Shown here: positions 24,176-31,518 of the stretch, piece by piece
Layout: every line of letters begins with the position of its first letter
Position numbering within the stretch: the first letter of the stretch is position 1
Source: Nitrososphaerota archaeon
Lineage (GTDB): Archaea > Thermoproteota > EX4484-205 > JAAOZO01
Direction of reading: 5' to 3'
Assembly: GCA_011605715.1 (NCBI GenBank)
Contig: JAAOZO010000171.1
Location: forward strand, 1 to 34,893
Length of the DNA stretch: 34,893 nucleotides
The notes under the pieces: model-generated
The model's input: only the letters and a program-made list of their open reading frames with translations
What the model was told of the DNA's origin: nothing
Databases searched by the model: none
Made by a program: the position numbers and the translations under genes

Positions 24176-25960
24176 TTGAAGATAAAGAATTTCTCTTTAC
24201 CAGAAGATTTTACAGTTGTTTTATCTGCTGCTATTCTTACGCTCGTCTTTGTGTTCAGCAAGTTCCCTCTACTTTTTCAACAAGGGTTCGTCGCATCTTA
24301 TAGGTTTTTATTTTTGTTTATTGTTTTCATTTCTATTTTTTCAGTTTTCTTGATGTACCAATACTTGCATCTAAATAGGTCTAACAGCAATGTAACTTAT
24401 TCTTTGCTAGAAAATGATTTGGTTTTGTTAAAATCTGACTCAAGAAAATACTTCTTGCAGCTATTTAAGTTAGAGTGTCATGACTTAAGTAAACCTAGTC
24501 AATTTGGTCAATTTTTTGATTTTCTTTATAAGTCTGGTATTAGTATAAAGTTAGTTGCAAACATTTACAACCAATCAAATAACTATCGAAATTTCGAAAT
24601 ATTCATACTCGCTTATGAAGAAATTCAAGGTGACTTTAAACAAGATTACATTCCTATAGTTGAAGAGAAATTCAATTCTCTTCTTATCGCTTCTAAAGCT
24701 TACTCCAACGTTATTAGTTTGACTAAACTAGAAGGCTCTTCTCTCTTAAATAGCTTAGACCTATACTTCCTTAACAAAAAAGAAATAAACCATAATTCAG
24801 AAGAAGAACAAAAAAATTCAGGTGAAGTTTTAGCTTCATTGTTTTTACCTTCTCCAAGTAGTGATTTTGTTAATGGCATTTCTTTTATGTCTAAAGAAAA
24901 AGATAGTGAAAGCGGAGTAATTCTCGGAGAGCAAATATATAAAGGAGAACCTTGTGGTACATTTGTCTTGCCAGTTGATTCATTATTCAAGCATTCAGTT
25001 ATAGTTGGAATAACAGGATCTGGTAAGTCAACTACAAATAAGCAAATTTTAAAGGAACTCAGCAGGCTTGGATTTCACTTTTTACTGTTTGATTTTCATG
25101 ATGAGTATGACCAAGAGTTCTCAAACTCCACTTCGTCTTACATTTTTAGATTTTCAGGAGAAGCTTCTATTGACTTTTTATCACCGTTTGAAATGAAAGA
25201 TTTTTCAAATCATGTTTCTATAGTAACTGATGTCTTTAACAACGTATACTCCTTTTCACCATCTCAATTTTTTGTTTTTCGTGATGTTTTATCCTCAGAA
25301 TTAGCTTATTCAAAAATTAATAGGGTTTCACCAACAATGAGAGGCGTAGTAGATAGACTAGAGAATTATGAGCCAAAGTCGTTTTATGAGAATGAGACAA
25401 AATTTTCGTTATTGCGAAGATTAAAGCCCCTAAGTGAAGGCGAAGGTAGTAAAATATTCGCAATTTCTAATTTGATGAAAATTGACAGTATTCTTAACAA
25501 GAATGTAATTTTAAAAGTCTCTGATATAAAAGATTCTGACTTAAGAAAGCTTACAGTTTCTCTTATACTTGCTTTAGTGTATGAGTACAGGCTGACAAAC
25601 GGGCCAGACAAAATTGGACATTTTATTTCTTTAGAGGAAGCCCAAAACTTTGTCCCGTTTAGAAACAGAACAGAAGAAGCTTCAATATATGAAAAAATGT
25701 TTTTTGAAATGAGGAAGTATAGAGAATCTCTTATTTTAATTGCTCAATTCCCTTCTCAGATTTATCCTGACTTGCTTAAGTCTTGTGAAGTTAAGGTTGT
25801 CCATAGGCTTTTTTCAGCTGGGGATGCATCCTTAATTGAAGATATATTGGGAATAGATGAAAAAATACTTGAACAACTTAAATCTTTGCCGGTAGGTCGT
25901 GTTCTCGTTTTTATTCCTTCTAGTAGAAGTCCTATTACCGTTCAGGTACGTAGGGATTAG
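24176..25960 (+). CDS. Membrane-anchored FtsK/HerA-superfamily ATPase (DUF87/HerA-, VirB4/CedB-like)
   Basis: 594 aa. TTG start 3 nt after the pilin stop. Two N-terminal TM segments (VVLSAAILTLVFVF; FLFLFIVFISIFSVFLMY). Walker A HSVIVGITGSGKSTT, HerA-like LLFDFHDEY, Walker B-like HFISLEEAQNFVP, and a LILIAQFPSQI block. Confidence 0.75.
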   Translation: MKIKNFSLPEDFTVVLSAAILTLVFVFSKFPLLFQQGFVASYRFLFLFIVFISIFSVFLMYQYLHLNRSNSNVTYSLLENDLVLLKSDSRKYFLQLFKLECHDLSKPSQFGQFFDFLYKSGISIKLVANIYNQSNNYRNFEIFILAYEEIQGDFKQDYIPIVEEKFNSLLIASKAYSNVISLTKLEGSSLLNSLDLYFLNKKEINHNSEEEQKNSGEVLASLFLPSPSSDFVNGISFMSKEKDSESGVILGEQIYKGEPCGTFVLPVDSLFKHSVIVGITGSGKSTTNKQILKELSRLGFHFLLFDFHDEYDQEFSNSTSSYIFRFSGEASIDFLSPFEMKDFSNHVSIVTDVFNNVYSFSPSQFFVFRDVLSSELAYSKINRVSPTMRGVVDRLENYEPKSFYENETKFSLLRRLKPLSEGEGSKIFAISNLMKIDSILNKNVILKVSDIKDSDLRKLTVSLILALVYEYRLTNGPDKIGHFISLEEAQNFVPFRNRTEEASIYEKMFFEMRKYRESLILIAQFPSQIYPDLLKSCEVKVVHRLFSAGDASLIEDILGIDEKILEQLKSLPVGRVLVFIPSSRSPITVQVRRD

Positions 25961-26192
25961 TTTTACTTTCTGCCAACTTATTTAAAAATTTAATTTTTTT
26001 CTCTAGTTCAACTGCGTTCATTCTTTCCATGCTTATTACATTTTTCTTCGTTACCTTATATCCACAGAAGGGGCAAATTCTATAGTGACTTTTTTCGTTT
26101 ATTCCCATAAACTTGCCACATTTAGGACATTTCACTATGAGAAATTTATCCTTCGACAACTTTAAAAAGCATATTAAGTCGTTGCTTATCAT
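25935..26192 (-). CDS. Small zinc-ribbon protein (DUF1922-like pattern)
   Basis: KFLIVKCPKCGKFMGINEKSHYRICPFCGYKV plus a helical tail. The start is ambiguous: ATG 26192 overlaps the upstream gene by 47 nt, and in-frame TTG or GTG (26135) starts lie nearer its stop. The 3' end overlaps the convergent HerA-like gene by 26 nt. Confidence 0.6.
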   Translation of the reverse strand: MISNDLICFLKLSKDKFLIVKCPKCGKFMGINEKSHYRICPFCGYKVTKKNVISMERMNAVELEKKIKFLNKLAESKTNPYVPER

Positions 26193-26733
26193 TTAAATAT
26201 TTTTTCATCCAATCGATTTTCTTTCCAGGCTTAAATTTATCCTTTATTATACCCTGCGCAATTTTCTTAGGACTTCTATTTGTAGTATCAATTTCGATTA
26301 CATCTCTCTCAAACATTTCATGTGCTTCCTGTGATATTTGATTAAGAAATTCGCTCAGTACATTTTCTTTAGTTTTTTCAATTCCATACTTCTTGAGGAT
26401 CCTCTTATACAATATCAATGGTTCACATCTTAAAACTATTACTCTTTTTGTACCCCCTCGAACTAAGTTTGCTAGCTCATAAGAATGTATCCAATCTACT
26501 GCTATGTTTGTTTGAGTTGTTCTAACTATTTTTTTCACCGTATTTCTCATCTTTTTCACTAAGACAACAAAAGAATCTGTTTTTCTGTCATACCTTGAAT
26601 ACAGTTTCTTGTCTTTTACTAACTTTCCAACGTCTAAATGAGCAAAATTAAACTTTTCTAGTTCTTTACAAAGTGTAGACTTTCCTACTCCTGGCGTACC
26701 ACTTATAAATAATACCTGTTTCTTTTGGGGCAT
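26146..26733 (-). CDS. Fap7/adenylate kinase 6-like NTPase (small-subunit ribosome maturation factor)
   Basis: 195 aa. VLFISGTPGVGKSTLCKEL P-loop, then HLDVGKLVKDKKLYSRYDRKTDSFVV, which parallels the AK6/Fap7 pattern (..NVGDLA.EE.LY.GYDEE.D..I.DE). Confidence 0.75.
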   Translation of the reverse strand: MPQKKQVLFISGTPGVGKSTLCKELEKFNFAHLDVGKLVKDKKLYSRYDRKTDSFVVLVKKMRNTVKKIVRTTQTNIAVDWIHSYELANLVRGGTKRVIVLRCEPLILYKRILKKYGIEKTKENVLSEFLNQISQEAHEMFERDVIEIDTTNRSPKKIAQGIIKDKFKPGKKIDWMKKYLNDKQRLNMLFKVVEG

Positions 26734-26798
26734 TTTAGTTTTGATTTAAAGTACCGGAAAGAAAAATATAAAAGCCTTTACTTCTAGTTTTGGTTCGT

Positions 26799-26916
26799 GC
26801 TCCGGTGATGTAGTCCGGTTATCTTAGGGCCGAAAGCATTCGAGCCTCTCGAAGAGTGCTGAAGAAAGCTCGATACCCGGGTTCAAATCTAAGCGGTGAA
26901 AATCCCGGCCGGAGCA
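26799..26916 (+). tRNA. tRNA-Glu (anticodon CUC) with three introns: D-loop (about 14 nt, 26822-26835), canonical 37/38 (15 nt, 26852-26866) and T-loop/T-stem junction (15 nt, 26889-26903)
   Basis: Hand fold: acceptor GCTCCGG/CCGGAGC, D stem ATGT/GCAT, D loop AGTCCGGTTA, anticodon stem CGAGC/GCTCG with loop CTCTCG..A (CTC at 26848-26850, pairing with intron AGAG), T arm CCGGG-TTCAAAT-[intron]-CCCGG. The 118-nt gene reduces to 74 nt. Exact intron borders are ambiguous by 1-2 nt. Confidence 0.8.
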
Positions 26917-26943
26917 CTTCTGTTTTAATACCTAAAAAGGCTC

Positions 26944-26951
26944 TTTTTTTT
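26944..26951 (+). terminator. Oligo-T tract downstream of tRNA-Glu (candidate archaeal terminator)
   Basis: A run of eight T's 28 nt after the tRNA 3' end. Archaeal RNA polymerase commonly terminates at T-runs. Confidence 0.3.
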
Positions 26952-27062
26952 AATGTCAGTGAAACTTGCGAATTTTCGCTCTTAATGACTTCCCAAGACT
27001 TTCTTTGTAGAGAACCTTCTAGAAAGATAAGTGAAAAAAATAAAATACTAAAAACTAAAAAT

Positions 27063-28706
27063 TTATCGCCTTTCTGCTCCCTTTTCTTTCTTTTCAGGCA
27101 ACTTTAGTGTTAAGAACATATCGTCTACTCTTAGTAGTGTCGAAGCAAGTTCTGTAGCTACATTCAGCATAAGCTTTACAGATTTTATCGGTTCAATTAT
27201 TCCAGCTTCTTCAACGTCTACTACCTTTCTGCTAAGCGCATCTATTCCAAACAACTTGTCCTTGGTCTTAACGTTCTTGGCTCTTAAGTCACCTATAGTT
27301 TTTGTTACAGGCATGCCACTGTTTTCTACTATTGCTCCAGCTAGGTCAAACAGTGCTTCTGAAAATCCTTCTATTACTAGACTTATTTCTCCTCCTTTTT
27401 GCATTCCATAGTCTTTAAGTGCGACAGCCATGCCAACTATGTCTGCTACGCCACTTGGTACGTATTTCTCATCTTCATAGAAGTTCGCAACACATTGTAA
27501 CCCTTTCTTAACTACCCTTTCGTATTCCTTAGTTAGCTCCTTACTGACTCCTCTTATTAGTATACTTACTGATTTACTTTTCTTTACATCTTCTACGACA
27601 ACTACTTTTTCCGTAGCTTCGTACTTCCTTTCCTCTACTAAGTTTGCTTCTCCAAGCGTTTTTTCGGAGATGTCGGTATAGTCGCTAACTATTCTTGCTC
27701 CCGTCGCTTCTGCAAGCTTTTCTAAGTCCGATCTCTTTGCATTCTTTACTGCTAGTACTCCCGCTTTTGCAAGCGCTGCAGCGGCTTTATCATCTATCGC
27801 TTTTTGAGAAATAAGTACGTTAGCTCCACTTTGTATTATTTTTTCAACTTTTTCGGTTACAGATCTTCTTTCTTCTTCTTTTAGCTTTAGGATTTCTTCT
27901 GGACTTTTAAATTCTAGTTCAGAAGAAATTTCTGTCTTTTTAACTTCCAAAGGAAAGTCTATAAGAGCTATTCTCGCTCCCGTTATCCTTTTAGGCATAT
28001 TTGGATGCGCAACCTCTTTATCTATAATTATTCCATTTATGAAACTTGTCTCAAAAGCAGAGCCACCTGTTTTGCTGACTATTGCAACATCGTCTATGTC
28101 TATCTTCTTCTTTCCATTAACTTCACGGGTCACTAGTTTTGCTGCCTGGAGTATTGCGTTTACTACATTCTCATAGTATGCTAGTTCTGACCTACCTATA
28201 GAGGGTAGTACTACTGTCCTAATCATGTTCTTTAATACTGTATCATATTCTTCAAGTCTTGGCTTTTTAGAAATGCTTTCTATATACTCATTTAAGAATT
28301 TTCTTGCTTCTTCATATCCTAGAGCTATTGTTGTAGGATGTATTCCCTTTTTGTAGTACGTTACTCCTGTTTCGATTAACTTAGAAGCCAAATAAATCAT
28401 TCTGTTTGTTCCATCCCCAACCATTTTGTCTAGGTTTTTAGCAGCTTCGATGTAAAGCTTTCCAACTGGATGTTCAATGTTTGCTTCAGAGAGAATCGTT
28501 ACTCCGTTCTTTGTATAAGTTATATCCCCAAAGCTTCCTACCAACATTTTGTTAAAACCTGAAGGTCCTAGCGCCGTTTTAGTTATTTCTTCTAATACTA
28601 TACTAACAGTTAAAGTGTTAGCTAATGCCTCATCCCCCGTTCTTCTAGCAACATTTTCTTTCATAACATAAACAGGCTGCCCACTAGCCTCCACAGGAAT
28701 CGCCAT
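27063..28706 (-). CDS. ths: Thermosome subunit (group II chaperonin)
   Basis: 547 aa. TLGPSGFNKMLV, GDGTN, VSKTGGSA, ISQKAIDD.A...LAKAGVLAV, VVVEDVK..KSVSILIRG, and EPIKSVKLMLNVATELASTLLRVDD. Confidence 0.95.
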   Translation of the reverse strand: MAIPVEASGQPVYVMKENVARRTGDEALANTLTVSIVLEEITKTALGPSGFNKMLVGSFGDITYTKNGVTILSEANIEHPVGKLYIEAAKNLDKMVGDGTNRMIYLASKLIETGVTYYKKGIHPTTIALGYEEARKFLNEYIESISKKPRLEEYDTVLKNMIRTVVLPSIGRSELAYYENVVNAILQAAKLVTREVNGKKKIDIDDVAIVSKTGGSAFETSFINGIIIDKEVAHPNMPKRITGARIALIDFPLEVKKTEISSELEFKSPEEILKLKEEERRSVTEKVEKIIQSGANVLISQKAIDDKAAAALAKAGVLAVKNAKRSDLEKLAEATGARIVSDYTDISEKTLGEANLVEERKYEATEKVVVVEDVKKSKSVSILIRGVSKELTKEYERVVKKGLQCVANFYEDEKYVPSGVADIVGMAVALKDYGMQKGGEISLVIEGFSEALFDLAGAIVENSGMPVTKTIGDLRAKNVKTKDKLFGIDALSRKVVDVEEAGIIEPIKSVKLMLNVATELASTLLRVDDMFLTLKLPEKKEKGAERR

Positions 28707-28821
28707 TTTTTAATTACACCCCCTTTCCCTTTACTCTATAAAGGCTCAATAAAAACTTTCCTTTTTATTATTAAAAGAAATAGGAAAACTTAAAAACCTT
28801 TTCTTAGTCTCTTTGCCTAAG

Positions 28822-29067
28822 TTGGGCAAGATCTACGATTCGAAAGTAAAAAGAATAGGGGAGAAGATCCTTATGCTTTACTCAAATGAGCTTTCCACAG
28901 ATTTTTATCAAAATAAAAAGCTCATATCTTCCATAGTGAACACGAGCTCCAAATTCTTACTAAATAAAATAACTGGTTATGTTACTTCTCAAGTGAAGAA
29001 AAAAGCAACAGTTGAAGGGGAAGAGATTAGCAAACCAGAGGAAACAGAAAATGAAGAAGCAGCATGA
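28822..29067 (+). CDS. rps17e: 30S ribosomal protein S17e
   Basis: The ORF opens at TTG 28813. The second TTG (28822) gives MGKIYDSKVKRIGEKILMLYSNELSTDFYQNKKLI, matching the canonical archaeal S17e N-terminus (MG.I....iKR...E....y......DF..NK). ...LLNKITGYVT is also typical. Confidence 0.85.
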   Translation: MGKIYDSKVKRIGEKILMLYSNELSTDFYQNKKLISSIVNTSSKFLLNKITGYVTSQVKKKATVEGEEISKPEETENEEAA

Positions 29068-29449
29068 AGTAAACAATCATGGCCTCCTGTTTTCTGAACT
29101 AGAACTAGGTTGGTCGAAGAGGTACTTAGACGAAGTAAAGGTCTCTCTAAATTCCTATTCGTCCTCCAATGACCCAAAAGTAAACGAGAAACTAGCTCTT
29201 TCCTTTCTTAAACTCAAGCACATCCTATATTTACTTAAGTTAGAAAACCTACAACCAGATTTCGTTTTTTCAGAAATTTCAGGAGCTACTTCACAAGAAG
29301 AAAACTTTTCTACTTTAGTAGATGGTCTCGTAAATCTTTTGCTTTCAACTGAAGAAAAGTCCTCCATAGTTTTAGACCTCTCTAAAAAGTTACTTAACGA
29401 AATAGAGCAAATTCTGAATACCGCGCTCGTATTGTGGGATGCTTCTTAA
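29051..29449 (+). CDS. Hypothetical helical protein
   Basis: The ORF opens at 29012 inside rps17e. ATG 29051 (MKKQHEVNNHGLLFSELELGW...) overlaps only the last 17 nt. All-helical composition; no motif recognised. Confidence 0.5.
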   Translation: MKKQHEVNNHGLLFSELELGWSKRYLDEVKVSLNSYSSSNDPKVNEKLALSFLKLKHILYLLKLENLQPDFVFSEISGATSQEENFSTLVDGLVNLLLSTEEKSSIVLDLSKKLLNEIEQILNTALVLWDAS

Positions 29450-29487
29450 TTTTTATCTATAACTTTTAGTTACTCTTTTTGATGCTC

Positions 29488-30090
29488 TTAAAACATATTT
29501 TCCGTTCTTTTCTTTAATGTACTGGTAAGCACTCTGTCTACAATATAAGGTTCAAAACCAATATTGATCAAATCTTCTCTTATTTTCTCTACAGGCTTGT
29601 TTTTCTCTTTTTCTATTAGTTTTAAAATTGTTTCTCTTCTTTCATGAGGAAAAACAATCCATTTTTTTGTTGTCCTAACATAAAAAGTCGGAATCGTCTC
29701 ACTGTGGGGCTTATAAAATATGGTCAAGCTATCGACTTCTTTAGCTCCTGCGTTTTTCAAATACTCAAGAACTTTCTTCAAGCTTTTTCCACTATCTGCA
29801 ACATCATCTATAACAAGTAGCCTTAATCCATTCACACTAGTCTTTAAGTCATCTTTAATTACAGGCTCAGTTGCAGTTTTTTTGATGTCTTCATAAAACA
29901 CAACCCTTATAACAAAAAGGTTTTCTTGCTCTAGCTCATCTGACAAAATTCTAAGCGGGACTAGACCCCCCCTACTTATTCCAACAAACGCGTCGTAACT
30001 TTTTTTGTTTCTCCTTATCATGTCTGCAGCCTCCAAACATAAGCTGTAAAATGTTTGCCAATCTATTATTTCAAACTCTGATTCGTTCAT
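29488..30090 (-). CDS. Type I phosphoribosyltransferase (purine PRT-like)
   Basis: 200 aa. PRPP-binding loop LLVIDDVADSGKSL, preceded by FVGISRGGLVPLRILS. Confidence 0.8.
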   Translation of the reverse strand: MNESEFEIIDWQTFYSLCLEAADMIRRNKKSYDAFVGISRGGLVPLRILSDELEQENLFVIRVVFYEDIKKTATEPVIKDDLKTSVNGLRLLVIDDVADSGKSLKKVLEYLKNAGAKEVDSLTIFYKPHSETIPTFYVRTTKKWIVFPHERRETILKLIEKEKNKPVEKIREDLINIGFEPYIVDRVLTSTLKKRTENMF

Positions 30091-30203
30091 TGGTTCTTTG
30101 TTGAATAGTTGGTTATAAAAATTTATTCTCTTACTTTAATCAGTGAAAGCTCTAAAGTTTAAGAAGCAAACCTTATAATCCTTCTTATTGGTACAATTGT
30201 TCC

Positions 30204-30683
30204 GTGAGTGATAAGATCTACAACGTACTTGACAACTTTATTGCAATACGTGAGATCCCTTCTATAGATAAGCTAACTATAGAAAAGATAAAAAATCTCA
30301 AGGATACGTTAGACGTAGGTTTATTGCTTGTTTCATGTGAAGACGTTATCTCAGAACAAGTCCTTCTGGGCTTAATTTACAACGCGGCATCTGCTCACAA
30401 GTATGGCTACAATAAGCTGAGGAAGTTAGATTCAGAACTAATCTTAGTACTGGCCGGAAAAAATGTTTTTCATGAAGCCGCTAATAAAGTAACTCCTAAA
30501 CTTGGAGGTTGTGCACTAATTATTCTTCTAAGTGATAATAAAGATAAAATTCAAGAAGCTATGGATTTTGTCTATAAGACTTTAGACAGCAACTTAGAAG
30601 AGGCTAAGTTAGCATCTGTCTTTAGTTCAAATGATTTAACTCTCATCGAGAATTTTGCTTTATTTTATGTTTGGTACAAGTAA
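30204..30683 (+). CDS. cgi121: KEOPS complex subunit Cgi121
   Basis: 159 aa. GTG start; no ATG preserves the N-terminus. ...AASAHKYGYNKLRKLDSELILVLAGKNVFHEAANKV parallels the Cgi121/TPRKB core (...KTR.L.sE.if.LS...nI.eAl..fG). Confidence 0.7.
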   Translation: MSDKIYNVLDNFIAIREIPSIDKLTIEKIKNLKDTLDVGLLLVSCEDVISEQVLLGLIYNAASAHKYGYNKLRKLDSELILVLAGKNVFHEAANKVTPKLGGCALIILLSDNKDKIQEAMDFVYKTLDSNLEEAKLASVFSSNDLTLIENFALFYVWYK

Positions 30684-30707
30684 AGTGCTTTAGTTGGTAC
30701 ACTTTTT

Positions 30708-31184
30708 CTACAAACGTCCTATTCCAACAAAGTCACAACTCATAGGATAAACTACAATTGAACCTCTAACTTCCCTTTCTTTATTTATAAATCTCAAATT
30801 TTCACTACCTTTTAAACTCTCAATGAGCTTTTTCTTAGCTCTCTTTGGTCCACTTGCTAGTAACAATTTGTCTCTCTCAAAAATTCCGAACTCTTCTACT
30901 ATATTATTAAAGTAAGCTAGTTCATTAGTTTTTGCTATTATATCGACCTTAAAAGCCTTTTTTATATACCTATTTATATTGTGATTTATTTTTTCTACCA
31001 GTTCTCTAAGCCTATCGTCTTCTATTTTCGTTTTAGCAACTAAGACGACTTGCCCCTCATTTGGGCTTCCAAATAAGTTAAACTCTACACCATATGTAAC
31101 TAATAAGCTAAAGGCCTCCAAGTATGCGTCTAGTTCATAATCCCTGTTGGTCTTTATTAGAATAAAACTAGACTTTATAGCCAT
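30708..31184 (-). CDS. Hypothetical protein
   Basis: 158 aa with an ATG start and composition typical of the window's real genes. No motif recognised. Confidence 0.55.
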   Translation of the reverse strand: MAIKSSFILIKTNRDYELDAYLEAFSLLVTYGVEFNLFGSPNEGQVVLVAKTKIEDDRLRELVEKINHNINRYIKKAFKVDIIAKTNELAYFNNIVEEFGIFERDKLLLASGPKRAKKKLIESLKGSENLRFINKEREVRGSIVVYPMSCDFVGIGRL

Positions 31185-31518
31185 AGTGGCACATCTTTGA
31201 ATTTAAAAAGGTAGCTCAACTCTTTTAAGCTTTTTTACAAAATAAGCTTCTCCTAATTGAAACCGTGAGCTTTCTCATTGACATTCTTCAAGTATTCTAA
31301 GCTAGAGGGCCTTTTTCTAGATTTTAGCGAACGTTAATGTTTTACTAAAGTTAAGTGAGGCTTCTTTAATGTTAACTTTATTGTGTTCGTCTTTCCTTTA
31401 GCAAGGTGCTTTCGTTGGCTTAGTATCTAACCTATTTATTATAAAAAATATAGCATTATTGAGACTCTCTCTTAAAAACTTTTATACTAGAACAGGAGTA
31501 ACAGTTTGGGAAAGGCGT

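Noticed and set aside
19051-25611. ORFs 19051-19479 (+), 19782-19997 (+), 20387-20650 (-), 21280-21513 (-), 24700-24990 (-) and 25384-25611 (-)
   Set aside because: They are antisense or out-of-frame within the pilin cluster, peptidase, secretion ATPase and HerA-like genes. The tight operon packing on the chosen strands and the recognisable motifs there favour the reported genes.
17669-26916. The pilus-like locus as an integrated mobile element targeting tRNA-Glu
   Set aside because: No integrase, transposase or conjugative relaxase-like ORF is present. By eye, no direct repeat of the tRNA-Glu 3' segment occurs in the 17.7-18.1 kb spacer or elsewhere in the window. Composition is similar to the flanks. 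A proper repeat search would still be needed to exclude this formally.
26856-27107. 83-aa plus-strand ORF
   Set aside because: It starts inside tRNA-Glu and runs into the 3' end of the thermosome gene. It is an artefact.
31459-31518. TTG-initiated 20-codon N-terminal extension of the ABC ATPase, and similar extensions at 4746, 8522, 23129, 23969, 28813 and 29012
   Set aside because: Downstream in-frame starts give N-termini matching the family consensus or avoid overlap with neighbouring genes or the tRNA. The longer forms are an artefact of taking the first possible start codon.
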